Part shown: positions 1 through 9,098 of the stretch, piece after piece
How positions within the stretch are numbered: the stretch's first letter is position 1
Layout: the number at the start of each line of letters is the position of its first letter
DNA from: Candidatus Iainarchaeum sp.
GTDB taxonomy: Archaea; Iainarchaeota; Iainarchaeia; Iainarchaeales; 0-14-0-20-30-16
Assembly: GCA_028710695.1 (NCBI GenBank)
Contig: JAQTTP010000002.1
Coordinates: 30,001 to 62,000, forward strand
Direction of reading: 5' to 3'
Length of the DNA: 32,000 nucleotides
Program-made: the position numbers and the translations under genes
The notes under the pieces: generated by a model
Told to the model about the DNA's origin: nothing
Databases searched by the model: none
The model's input: only the letters and a program-made list of their open reading frames with translations

Positions 1-176
1 GCAATATTTGCTTTTTCGATACAAAAAGAATATTTTCCATCTTTTGTAAAATAATCATCCGTGCTATACACATATTTTGATAGAGTTTTTGCATAAGTGG
101 TTTTTCCGCTTCCAGATACTCCACGCATAATTAGTAAATCTTTATTTTTTTCGCCTTTATAGATAAGTTGTCTCAT
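1..176 (-). CDS. P-loop NTPase/kinase (AAA_33-like). Only the N-terminal part is present; the gene runs off the window's left edge.
   Basis: The reverse-strand translation from the ATG at 176 reads MRQLIYKGEKNKDLLIMRGVSGSGKTTYAKTL..., with a Walker A motif GxSGSGKTT. The frame is open to position 1. Confidence 0.6.
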   Translation of the reverse strand, partial: MRQLIYKGEKNKDLLIMRGVSGSGKTTYAKTLSKYVYSTDDYFTKDGKYSFCIEKANI

Positions 177-194
177 GTAAATCACTCTTCTTGT

Positions 195-503
195 CTAAGC
201 CTTATTATTAGCATATGACTTTTCTTTTATTACTACATATGAACAACACTTACTTTTTTTAATTATTCGGTGGAATTCATTTTTTTCTATCATTAATAAA
301 TCCAATTTTTTTAAGGCCATATTTTTAGAACCAACTTCCAAAGTAAGAGACCCTTTTAAAACCAAGAAGTATTCTGCAAAATCTTTATGACTATGCTGAT
401 CTTCAATTTTTAATGGCCTATTCTCAGAGTATTTTATTTGCAAAGGAGAGTTATTCCAATGCCCACAAAACCAGCCATCTTGATTTACAATATATTTCTT
501 CAT
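195..503 (-). CDS. Small cupin-fold protein
   Basis: 102-aa ORF with an ATG start. The pattern HSHKDFAEYFLVLKGSLTLEV...NEFHRI resembles the two cupin motifs (HxH...E...H). Confidence 0.55.
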   Translation of the reverse strand: MKKYIVNQDGWFCGHWNNSPLQIKYSENRPLKIEDQHSHKDFAEYFLVLKGSLTLEVGSKNMALKKLDLLMIEKNEFHRIIKKSKCCSYVVIKEKSYANNKA

Positions 504-511
504 AACAAGAC

Positions 512-1321
512 CTATTTTCTAAAATAAATCCCTAAGTCATATCTCTTCATTAATTTCCAACCTGCCTGTTTTGCTCTTTCTATTGTTGCGCTTGTAAGAT
601 CTTTTCCTCTAAACTTATTTCCAGGATTTCCAGTATAGTGAAATAGAATACAACCCTCTTCTGCAAGCCCATACAAATCAGCATAGAATTCTTTTGTATA
701 CAATTCTGGTGCGAATTTGAATGTTGGGGGATCATGCAAAATTTTTGTAAATTTTTCTTTTGATTTTTTTGCATAGTTAGTAGCATCATCAGTTATGATT
801 TTTACATTTTCTTTTTTTAGTAATTCTTTTGTGTATGGATTATATGTCATTAATTCCAAAACTTCTTTGCTTTTTTCTATACTCACAACGTTCTTTGCTT
901 TTTCCGCAAGCAAAAGAGTTTTGTATCCTGCGCCAGTACAAATTTCCAACACATCATCATATGTGCTTACTTCTAAACTATCCATCACGTTTTCATTGTA
1001 AGCATCAATCCCAAGATCTTTGGAAACATTCATTTTTACTGCGTTTATGTATAAGATTGGCTTGTTTTCATTCTTGTCTTTCCTTAGCGAGAAAATTCCA
1101 TTTTCATTTGAGATTTGTAGCTTTACTCCTTCTTTCTTTTTCTCATCATAGAATACAATATCTTCATTTCTTATTTTTGGGCATTTGTCTAATAGGGCTT
1201 CAAATTTGTCTATTGGCCAAGTAGTCTTTGATATCCCTAAATCAAAAGTAGTTTCAAAAGTAGTTTTGTTTTCTTTTTTAGCAATTAGATAATCCTGTAT
1301 GGTTTCCAAAGTTAAGTACAT
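512..1321 (-). CDS. Class I SAM-dependent methyltransferase (spermidine-synthase-like fold)
   Basis: Motif I-like VLEICTGAGYKT, acidic loop VVSIEKS, and HDPPTF followed by ELYTKEFY. ATG start at 1321. Confidence 0.7.
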   Translation of the reverse strand: MYLTLETIQDYLIAKKENKTTFETTFDLGISKTTWPIDKFEALLDKCPKIRNEDIVFYDEKKKEGVKLQISNENGIFSLRKDKNENKPILYINAVKMNVSKDLGIDAYNENVMDSLEVSTYDDVLEICTGAGYKTLLLAEKAKNVVSIEKSKEVLELMTYNPYTKELLKKENVKIITDDATNYAKKSKEKFTKILHDPPTFKFAPELYTKEFYADLYGLAEEGCILFHYTGNPGNKFRGKDLTSATIERAKQAGWKLMKRYDLGIYFRK

Positions 1322-1408
1322 ATTTAATTAAAGAAAGAATAGAATAAAAAGCAAATAGGGCAAGAACAGCATTAGTTAGGATTAAAGGATACAAGAAAAT
1401 AAGGCAAA

Positions 1409-2521
1409 TTATTCCTGCTTCACAAAAGCCCCATCTTTTATTGTTTTCATTATTATTTCTTTTACTGTATCTCCATCTTCATTCATTGTTGATTTACCGC
1501 TTGCACCATCAAAATCTTTTATTTTATATAACTCGTTTTTTATACATTCTGTATCTAATTTTCCACAATTATCATATGCTAATTTTAACATATACACCAC
1601 ATCATATCCCAACGCTGATGCACCAGAAGGAACGTTACCATATTTTTCCAAAAATGAATTATTGTACTCTTTTGATTTTTTGTTAGACAAATCAAAAAAA
1701 TGAGTATATATTGCACCATCCAATTCAGGTATTTTCAAAACTTCAGATCTTTCTATTGTATAGCCTGCAAAATAATTAAATTTCATTCCAAGTTCTTCGC
1801 TTTGTTTCATCATTGCCATTGTTTGTGAAGCAGATAAAATAATAAACATATTTTTCAATTGTGCATCTTTCATTTTTAAAATAAATTCTTTGTACTCAAC
1901 ATTATCTGGCACAAATTTTTCAGCAACAATAATTTTTCCGCCCAGATTTTCATATTCTTTTTTGAACCCTTCAAAGTAACTAGTCCCAGATTGGGTGTTT
2001 AGTATAACCACGCCCAGTTCTTTTACTCCATTATTAATTAGATATTTTGAAATTACTTTTACTTCGTCCTGAACTAAAATATTATTTCTAAAAATATAAT
2101 CCCCTGCAGAACTTATTAAGGGTGAACCACCACCTGCAGAAAATACAATTACTTTATTTTGTTCCGCCAAAGGTGCAACTGACAAAACAGTATCACCATA
2201 AGAAGTTATTACTAGTTCTATTCCGTCAGTAATTAATTTATTGTACGCTTGAACCGCCCCGTTATTAGTTCCAACTGAATCTTCATAAACAACTTTTATT
2301 TTCATATTACTTTTCAAGTTTATTTCATCTACTGCCAAGTCAATACCATTTTGTATTTCTTCTCCAAAATCGCCCAAAGCACCAGTTAATGGAATTATCG
2401 CACCAATTTCCAAATTTTCTTCTTGGGCTAGTCCAAAATATGGAATTGTGTTTACTCCAATTATACACACAATTACTACAAAAACAACACCAATTGTAGA
2501 ATATAAAAATACCTTATTCAT
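1409..2521 (-). CDS. LivJ-type (Peripla_BP_6-like) solute-binding protein with an N-terminal membrane anchor
   Basis: The internal start MNKVFLYSTIGVVFVVIVCIIGV gives a signal anchor, preceded by GGTGAT. PLTGALGDFGEEIQNGIDLAVDEIN is typical of branched-chain amino-acid/amide binding proteins. It is a paralog of 14641-15759. Confidence 0.8.
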   Translation of the reverse strand: MNKVFLYSTIGVVFVVIVCIIGVNTIPYFGLAQEENLEIGAIIPLTGALGDFGEEIQNGIDLAVDEINLKSNMKIKVVYEDSVGTNNGAVQAYNKLITDGIELVITSYGDTVLSVAPLAEQNKVIVFSAGGGSPLISSAGDYIFRNNILVQDEVKVISKYLINNGVKELGVVILNTQSGTSYFEGFKKEYENLGGKIIVAEKFVPDNVEYKEFILKMKDAQLKNMFIILSASQTMAMMKQSEELGMKFNYFAGYTIERSEVLKIPELDGAIYTHFFDLSNKKSKEYNNSFLEKYGNVPSGASALGYDVVYMLKLAYDNCGKLDTECIKNELYKIKDFDGASGKSTMNEDGDTVKEIIMKTIKDGAFVKQE

Positions 2522-2616
2522 ATTATCACCAATATACCTGGATTGGGAGAGGTACATACGTGTTTGTTGTGCTAGTTGCCACAACACTTAAATATATATT
2601 GCACCTAATTTCCCTA

Positions 2617-3336
2617 ATGGATACAAAAATTCTGCGTGATTTGGGCCTAAGCGAGAACGAATCCAAAGTTTACATTGCTCTTCTTGGATTAGGGCTAGCG
2701 AACGCAGGAGAAGTCACAAAAAAAAGTGAGGTAAATAGAACAAATGTTTATGACGCTTTAGAAAGGCTTATTGACAAAGGCTTAGTAACTTATATTAAAA
2801 AAGACAAAAAGAAATTTTTCGAGCCTGTGAACCCAACGAGACTAAAAGATCTTTTAAAAGAAAAAGAAGAAGACCTAGATTCTATTCTTCCAGAACTTAT
2901 TGACAAATTTAGTTCAAGCAAGCCAAAAGAATTTGCAACAATTTACAAAGGAAAAAGAGCGATAAAAACCGCCTTCGAAGAAATTCTTAAAGAAAAAAAA
3001 GAGATTTTTGCATATGGGGCCCAAACTCATTTCATTAGATTGTTTCCAGTTTACCAAAGAATTTGGAACCTAAAAAGAGCAGAACTTGGAATAAAAGTAA
3101 ATATGATTTACAACGAAAAAGTAAGAGAATCTGTAAATAGTTATAATAGAAAACTCATTGAGATGAAATTCCTTCCAAAGAAATATGATTTTCCATCAAC
3201 TGTTTTAATTTATGGAAACAAAACAATGACATTCATTTGGACTGAACAGCCAATGGCAATATCAATTACAAGTGAAGAAGTTTACAAAAGTAACAAGAAC
3301 TTCTTTGACATTCTTTGGAAGATTGCCAAGAAATAA
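2617..3336 (+). CDS. TrmB-family transcriptional regulator
   Basis: The N-terminal wHTH reads MDTKILRDLGLSENESKVYIALLGLGLANAGEVTKKSEVNRTNVYDALERLIDKGLV. The ATG at 2617 is preferred over the ORF-track start at 2560. It is transcribed divergently from the binding-protein gene. Confidence 0.8.
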   Translation: MDTKILRDLGLSENESKVYIALLGLGLANAGEVTKKSEVNRTNVYDALERLIDKGLVTYIKKDKKKFFEPVNPTRLKDLLKEKEEDLDSILPELIDKFSSSKPKEFATIYKGKRAIKTAFEEILKEKKEIFAYGAQTHFIRLFPVYQRIWNLKRAELGIKVNMIYNEKVRESVNSYNRKLIEMKFLPKKYDFPSTVLIYGNKTMTFIWTEQPMAISITSEEVYKSNKNFFDILWKIAKK

Positions 3337-3364
3337 CATTATAAACTATCCCAATATTATTTAT

Positions 3365-3844
3365 TTGGAGAGGATTTTTATAAAACTAAACAGCGGATTC
3401 TTTTTTGGACTAACTTCAGGAGTTATAACAACTCTTGGCTTAATTATGGGTTTATACTCCGCCACTTTATCTTTAAAAGTTATATTAATTGGAATAATTA
3501 CAATTGCAATTGCAGATGCACTTTCTGATTCTTTAGGAATCCACTTAGCAAAAGAATCAGAGAATAAAAAACACAACATAGTCTGGAAGGAAACTTTTAG
3601 TACATTTTTTTCTAAGCTCATAGTTGCTGGCTCTTTTATTATCCCATACCTATTATTTTCACTAAACATCGCCACAGTTATTGCAATCGTTTGGGGAATG
3701 GTTATTCTTATTATCGGAAATATTATTATTTCAAAAATTAGAAAAGAATCTGCGATTAAATTAATTTTTGAACATTTAGTTTTTGCGATAATTGTATTAA
3801 TTGTCACTTATGGAGTTGGCTATTTGCTTTCAATTTTATTTTAG
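3365..3844 (+). CDS. Integral membrane protein, VIT1/CCC1-like pattern
   Basis: About five hydrophobic helices. GLTSGVITTLGLIMGL and AIADALSDSLGIHLAKESE resemble VIT-family motifs. The start is uncertain: the ORF is open from 3272 but overlaps the trmB end, and I chose an in-frame TTG at 3365. Confidence 0.4.
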   Translation: MERIFIKLNSGFFFGLTSGVITTLGLIMGLYSATLSLKVILIGIITIAIADALSDSLGIHLAKESENKKHNIVWKETFSTFFSKLIVAGSFIIPYLLFSLNIATVIAIVWGMVILIIGNIIISKIRKESAIKLIFEHLVFAIIVLIVTYGVGYLLSILF

Positions 3845-3854
3845 GAGGAATTCG

Positions 3855-4364
3855 ATGAAAAAGATTTTAATAACTATATTTTTGCTTTGTATTGCACTTC
3901 TTATTTTTTCAGGATGTGTAGCAGAAGACAAAAAAGATGATGACACAAACAAACTAGCTGGCACAGATTTACAAGACAACACAGCACCAGAGCAAAATAC
4001 AGATTTACAAACAGACAACAGCGATAATTCTGGCACAGAAGATAACACAAATTTAGAAACAGAAAACTCAACTACAAGTGACACTATGACATATTGTATA
4101 ATCCAATACGCACCAACAATAAAACAAGAATTTTGGTTGTATAAAGATTCTGCAAGAATGTACACACAAGGAGAAAATGGAGTCTTTACTGATAAAATAA
4201 TCAATAAAGAAACAAATTGTACAAAAGACGAAAAAGGAACTCATGCCTGCTTCCCAATGACTGAAGATTTTGAACAGACAAAAGAAGGTTGGCTTACTTT
4301 AGGACAAATGTCCGGAACTTGTACGTCAGATGATTATGATGCAAGTGTATTTAAGTTCGAATAG
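3855..4364 (+). CDS. Lipoprotein with an Asp/Asn/Thr-rich low-complexity linker
   Basis: AGGAGG lies 7 nt upstream of the ATG at 3855. The signal peptide with lipobox is MKKILITIFLLCIALLIFSGC. A repetitive NTDLQ/DNS linker is followed by a Cys-containing globular C-terminal region. Confidence 0.6.
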   Translation: MKKILITIFLLCIALLIFSGCVAEDKKDDDTNKLAGTDLQDNTAPEQNTDLQTDNSDNSGTEDNTNLETENSTTSDTMTYCIIQYAPTIKQEFWLYKDSARMYTQGENGVFTDKIINKETNCTKDEKGTHACFPMTEDFEQTKEGWLTLGQMSGTCTSDDYDASVFKFE

Positions 4365-4367
4365 GCA

Positions 4368-4712
4368 TTATAGCCTATTATTTTCTTCTTTTTTATTTTC
4401 AAATCTTTTGAATATGTTTTCCTTAACCATATTGAATGCTTCTTCTATATCAATATCCAACTGGTTTGCTAGCCTGCAAGTTCCAAAGAATAAATCTCCA
4501 ATTCCATCCTTAAATGCTTCTTTCCGTTCTTGAATTATTTTTATTCTTTCTTCCTCGCTTTTATATCTTAAAAGCTGAGACATTTCAATCAATTCTTCGT
4601 GCAAGTGATCAAATTTATCTACATTAGGGGTATCTTTCCAGCCATTTCTTTCAGCAAAGTATTTCACTGCTTTTTGCGCATCCTTCATAGTAGTAACTCT
4701 TTCTTGTTCCAT
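4368..4712 (-). CDS. MazG-like nucleotide pyrophosphohydrolase (small all-alpha NTP-PPase)
   Basis: 114 aa. The pattern HLHEELIEMSQ...GDLFFGTCRLANQLDIDIEEA is typical of MazG/YpjD-type domains. Confidence 0.65.
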   Translation of the reverse strand: MEQERVTTMKDAQKAVKYFAERNGWKDTPNVDKFDHLHEELIEMSQLLRYKSEEERIKIIQERKEAFKDGIGDLFFGTCRLANQLDIDIEEAFNMVKENIFKRFENKKEENNRL

Positions 4713-4776
4713 AATATATTACCTAAAGCACAATGTTTTTAATCTATTGGACATATAATTAAACTAAGGGATAACT

Positions 4777-5172
4777 ATGAAAGTTGCAATTATATTGGAT
4801 GACAGTTTAGGACCCGGATTATTGGCTAATTCTTCTGCCTGTATTGCTTCTGGCCTTTTCAATGGCGTAGAAAACGTATTAGGCCCAGAAATAGAAGGCT
4901 ATTTTTTTAAATATATCCCAATAACAAAAATTCCAATTCTAATAATGAAACAGCACAACAGGACTTGGCCAGAATTACTTAAACGTGCTAAAAAATTTAA
5001 ATTAAAATATATGGTTTTTACTCAAGAAGGCCAATCAACTACAAACTACGAAGAATACATAGAAAGAGTAAAAGGAAAGCCAATCGAAGAAGTCAAAGTT
5101 ATAGGTATAGGTGCAATAGGCGAAGATAATGATATACAACGATTCTGCGGAGATCTGCCTTTACTTAGATAA
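4777..5172 (+). CDS. DUF2000-like protein
   Basis: The N-terminus MKVAIILDDSLGPGLLANSSACIASGL matches my recollection of the DUF2000 signature. 131 aa. Confidence 0.45.
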   Translation: MKVAIILDDSLGPGLLANSSACIASGLFNGVENVLGPEIEGYFFKYIPITKIPILIMKQHNRTWPELLKRAKKFKLKYMVFTQEGQSTTNYEEYIERVKGKPIEEVKVIGIGAIGEDNDIQRFCGDLPLLR

Positions 5173-5706
5173 GTTACCAATATAACAAAAGGGAATCCAG
5201 GTAACCAAGATCTTTTTTAATTCTTTTATAATTATTAAGTTTGTTTTCTTAATTCCATTTTCGTTAGTAATACAAAATGTACAAGCCCCTTTTTTTGCAA
5301 TTTCTGCGGCATTCTGTGTATTTTTTGCAGAAACAAATACTAAATCAGTTGGCTTAATAAGTTGTTGTAATATTGGAATTGTTGCGCAAAAATTATTCTG
5401 TTTTTGCAAGCCATTTTTTGCAAGATATATTGGCGGATTCTGTAATGAAAACTTTAAGTCCACTTGCGTTTTCCATTTTGGGTCGTGTTCTAATTTTATA
5501 CAAAGTGGATTAATATGCGGCAACAGAACAAGCGAATTCTTCTCTTTCTTCGCAAGTTTTTCCAATTCGGGGTAAGAGCTTACATAAACTATTTCCGCAT
5601 TTTTTTTGAATATGTTTTTTACAAAGTATTGGCAAGCAATATCAGTACAAGTTCCTTGCTCAAGAGAAATTATTTTTACTTTTTCTCCAATACAGTCCAT
5701 ATCCAT
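5161..5706 (-). CDS. Hypothetical protein with a weak prephenate-dehydratase/PBP2-like pattern
   Basis: 181-aa ORF with an ATG start. The resemblance to a PDT-type fold is only loose (KIISLEQGTCTDIA...LLPHINP...). It overlaps the convergent neighbour by 12 nt. Confidence 0.35.
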   Translation of the reverse strand: MDMDCIGEKVKIISLEQGTCTDIACQYFVKNIFKKNAEIVYVSSYPELEKLAKKEKNSLVLLPHINPLCIKLEHDPKWKTQVDLKFSLQNPPIYLAKNGLQKQNNFCATIPILQQLIKPTDLVFVSAKNTQNAAEIAKKGACTFCITNENGIKKTNLIIIKELKKILVTWIPFCYIGNLSK

Positions 5707-5742
5707 ATTAAGTAGAGTTTTATTTTTATACCTTTTGAATAA

Positions 5743-6486
5743 CTAAATCATCTTCTTAAAAACTTCTTTCTTTATTTCTAAAAACTTTTTGCTTGTTTTT
5801 AAATTCTGTGTTCTTAATTTGGGCAACTTAACATCAATCTCATGATAAATGCCTTGCGAAGTCATTAACAAAATTCTATCTGAAAAAAATACAGCATCAT
5901 CTATTGAATGCGTAATTAGTATTGCGCTCTTTTTCTCATCACAAATTATTTTATACAAATCATCTTCCAACTTATTCTTTGCATAGTAATCTAATGCACT
6001 AAAAGGTTCATCTAACAATAAAATTTCTGAACCAGAAATAAATGCCCTTGCAACCGCAACTCTTTGTTTTTGACCCCCAGAAAGTTGCATAGGCAATCTA
6101 TCTTTTAAGCTAAGCAAATCAAACAACCTCAAATTTTCATTTATTTGCGTTCTCATTATTTCTTTATCTAATTTTTTTGAAACCAACCCCAAAGCAACAT
6201 TTCCAAAAACAGTTTTCCAATCTAGCAAACTATATTCTTGAAAAACAAAAGCACAAAAGTTGTTCTTCAAATCAGCCGAATAAATTATTTCCCCCACGTC
6301 CTGTTTTAAGAGCCCTGCAATAACATTAAACAAAGTCGTTTTCCCACAACCATTCTTTCCAAGTATAGACACGATTTCATTCTTATTCAATTCAAAAGAT
6401 ATGTTTTCAAAGACATTATTTTTTTCCGCATCTTTGTGGCTATAACCCAGCCCATTTACAGTAAGATAATTTGATTTACCAGGCAT
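5743..6486 (-). CDS. ABC transporter ATP-binding protein (nitrate/sulfonate/taurine-type)
   Basis: Walker A GKNGCGKTT, signature LSGGQKQR, Walker B LLLDEPFSALD. The ATG at 6486 is preferred; a GTG at 6495 is the alternative. Confidence 0.9.
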   Translation of the reverse strand: MPGKSNYLTVNGLGYSHKDAEKNNVFENISFELNKNEIVSILGKNGCGKTTLFNVIAGLLKQDVGEIIYSADLKNNFCAFVFQEYSLLDWKTVFGNVALGLVSKKLDKEIMRTQINENLRLFDLLSLKDRLPMQLSGGQKQRVAVARAFISGSEILLLDEPFSALDYYAKNKLEDDLYKIICDEKKSAILITHSIDDAVFFSDRILLMTSQGIYHEIDVKLPKLRTQNLKTSKKFLEIKKEVFKKMI

Positions 6487-7234
6487 GTGAAACACTTCTC
6501 CAGTAAATTACCTTTTTTTCTATTAATGACAATATTTTACTTAATAAAAATCCAACAAGCCCAATAAACAACATTGTGGCAATAACCAAGTCAGTATTCA
6601 TCAAGGACCTATTTACTTCTATTAAATAACCTAAACCAAAATTTGCAGATATCATTTCTGCCGCAATTACAACCATCCAACTTAACCCTAAGCTTACCCT
6701 ACTACCGACAAAAGTATATGGCAAAACAAATGGCAAAATAACATGATAAAATCTTTGCATCTTTGTTAAAGATAGATTTTTACTAACGCAAGAATATATT
6801 TTTGGCAATGATTTAACTCCAAAAAAAGTATTTGTAAACACAGGAAAGAATGCTGCAATGAAAATAATAAATACAGATGAAGAATCACCAATTCCAAACC
6901 AAAGTATTGCCAAAGGAATCCATGCAATTGGAGGGATGGGCCTAAATAGTTCTAATATTGGATTTATGTAATCACCCAACTTACTAAGCCCAACAATAAC
7001 CCCTACTACAAAACCAATAATTAGCCCACACAAAAAACCAAATACAACTCTCTTTACACTCAAAAAAATGTGCTCAAATATCTCGCCAGTAATAATTAAT
7101 TTAAAACACAAATAAATTATTTCAATTGGCCCTGGCAAAAAAAGGCTATGTGACAAAAAAGAAATTAATTGCCACAGAAATAAAAACAAAAAAATAGAAA
7201 TTATCATTTTTATGGCTTTATGCAAAAGTATCAC
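6476..7234 (-). CDS. ABC transporter permease (SsuC/TauC-like)
   Basis: Six or more TM helices, in an operon between the binding protein and the ATPase. A GTGA stop/start overlap links it to the upstream gene; the alternative ATG is at 7207. Confidence 0.85.
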   Translation of the reverse strand: MILLHKAIKMIISIFLFLFLWQLISFLSHSLFLPGPIEIIYLCFKLIITGEIFEHIFLSVKRVVFGFLCGLIIGFVVGVIVGLSKLGDYINPILELFRPIPPIAWIPLAILWFGIGDSSSVFIIFIAAFFPVFTNTFFGVKSLPKIYSCVSKNLSLTKMQRFYHVILPFVLPYTFVGSRVSLGLSWMVVIAAEMISANFGLGYLIEVNRSLMNTDLVIATMLFIGLVGFLLSKILSLIEKKVIYWRSVSHAW

Positions 7235-8232
7235 TCAGGTACAAAACTCAGATCAATATGTTTATTTACGTCAACCAACTTAGTAAAAAATCCTTCATTA
7301 TACTCAAAGTCAGCCTTATACTGCATTATTGGAAGCCAGCTTTCAGGAATGTCAAAATTTATTTCTTTTAAATCCTTTGCAAAATAATTTGGTTCTACTA
7401 ATTTTATTTCTTTTATTAAATCATAATCAAAAACTGTTTCCTCTGGCGCAAGTTTAAAAATTTCGTCACTATTTTGTGAAAAATAATAAAATGATTCTTT
7501 CAAAGATTCCAAAAATAATTTTATTTCTTCCGGGTGTTTTTCTACAAAGGATTTTTTGAAAATCACAACAGCAATGTCATCCCACTTTGTAAGCACATAA
7601 GCCAATCCTTTTTTTGTGAATATAGTAGTCAGAGGTTCACCCCAAGATGATGCATCTATTTGTTTGGTTTCAAATGCAACTCCGTGATCCGAAGGTTTGA
7701 TATTCAGCAAAGTCACATCTTTCTTTGGATCTAGTCCATTATCTTGTAATAGTTTATACACCACAGGATGTGGCCCAGTAGTTACTGGCAAAGCAATCTT
7801 TTTCCCTTTCAGTTCGGAGATGGAGTTAATGTTCAAATCAGACCTTACCATCAATGAATTCTGAAAATATCCCAATCTTCCAACAATAACCCAATCATCA
7901 GATTTAGATAATAAACTTAGGGACGGAAGGATTCCCACAAATAGAACATCAACTTCCCCTACGATTGCTGCTTCAACCATTGGAGGACCATATTGAAACC
8001 CAATATATTCTATATTTAAACCATTATTTTTTACAAAATCAGTATTCTTCATTGTTATTGCAGGCAAAGCACTTTCTGCCCAGCTATTCATCCACGCCAG
8101 CCTAATTTCTGGGCCCAAATTATCATCAGAAGTCAAAGCAAATAAGGGTGTTACACTAGAAATAATAAACAGTCCAATTATCCCAAAAACACAAACTATT
8201 CCAAGAATAAGATATTTATTTTTGTTATCCAT
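7231..8232 (-). CDS. ABC substrate-binding protein (NMT1/THI5- or SsuA-like)
   Basis: N-terminal anchor MDNKNKYLILGIVCVFGIIGLFIIS. PBP2-type pattern, and first gene of the three-gene importer operon. Confidence 0.75.
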   Translation of the reverse strand: MDNKNKYLILGIVCVFGIIGLFIISSVTPLFALTSDDNLGPEIRLAWMNSWAESALPAITMKNTDFVKNNGLNIEYIGFQYGPPMVEAAIVGEVDVLFVGILPSLSLLSKSDDWVIVGRLGYFQNSLMVRSDLNINSISELKGKKIALPVTTGPHPVVYKLLQDNGLDPKKDVTLLNIKPSDHGVAFETKQIDASSWGEPLTTIFTKKGLAYVLTKWDDIAVVIFKKSFVEKHPEEIKLFLESLKESFYYFSQNSDEIFKLAPEETVFDYDLIKEIKLVEPNYFAKDLKEINFDIPESWLPIMQYKADFEYNEGFFTKLVDVNKHIDLSFVPE

Positions 8233-8318
8233 AATATACCTGTCTCATCGGCAGTATATATCACTGTGTGGTATTGTAACAACACCAAATTATAAACATT
8301 TTGATTAGATACAATACT

Positions 8319-9056
8319 ATGGACATAGAAATACTATCAAAAATTGGGCTCTCAAAAGGAGAAATAAAAATTTATTCTATATTACTTGAACTTGGAGTAT
8401 CAAACATCACAAAGATTCATGAAAAAACAGGCATTGAACGAAGAAATATTTACGATATTTTAAATAAACTAATTGAACGAGGACTAGTAACATATATACA
8501 AGAAAATAAAAAACGACTTTTCAAAACAACTAACCCTGACAAAATCATAAGCTACATCGAAGACAAAGAAAATAGCTTACAAAAAATCAAAAAGGATGTT
8601 CAAAAACAGATTCCAGACCTTACTAAAAAGTTCAATTCTCGTCAATCTACAATAAATGGAGAAATTTTTAGGGGAAAAGAAGGAATAAAAACAATTTGGG
8701 ATGACTCTTTAAACTACAAAGAAATCTACTGGATTGGTTCTGGGCGATATGTTCCAAAAAAATACCCTGCATTCTTTGCAATGTGGAACAAAAAAAGAGT
8801 GGCAAAGGGAATAAAGCTCCATAATATCTTAAGAGAAGAAATGAGGGGAAAGATCAAGCCTTGGGTTTCAGAGAATATAAAATTCTTGCCAAAAGAATTC
8901 AGTGCAAATCCAGTAGTTATTGGAATCCACGGCAACAAGGTAGTTAATTACTCCTATGGAAAAGAGTTATTTGCTTTTGCAATAGAAAATCAAGATATCG
9001 CTGAGAGCTACAAAGCATATTTCAAATACCTTTGGAACAAAGTTGCAAAAAAGTAG
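8319..9056 (+). CDS. TrmB-family transcriptional regulator (paralog of 2617-3336)
   Basis: MDIEILSKIGLSKGEIKIYSILLELGVSNITKIHEKTGIERRNIYDILNKLIERGLV. It is divergent from the importer operon. Confidence 0.8.
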   Translation: MDIEILSKIGLSKGEIKIYSILLELGVSNITKIHEKTGIERRNIYDILNKLIERGLVTYIQENKKRLFKTTNPDKIISYIEDKENSLQKIKKDVQKQIPDLTKKFNSRQSTINGEIFRGKEGIKTIWDDSLNYKEIYWIGSGRYVPKKYPAFFAMWNKKRVAKGIKLHNILREEMRGKIKPWVSENIKFLPKEFSANPVVIGIHGNKVVNYSYGKELFAFAIENQDIAESYKAYFKYLWNKVAKK

Positions 9057-9098
9057 TCAGCCCACAATTTTATTAAATGTTTGCCAGTTTGATTTAAT

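Noticed and set aside
8259-8275. TATCAC-TGTGT-GGTATT in the second TrmB intergenic region, reminiscent of the Thermococcales TrmB site TATCAC-N5-GTGATA
   Set aside because: Only the left half matches. The right half agrees at 3 of 6 positions, and the first TrmB spacer has no equivalent. It is too weak to call.
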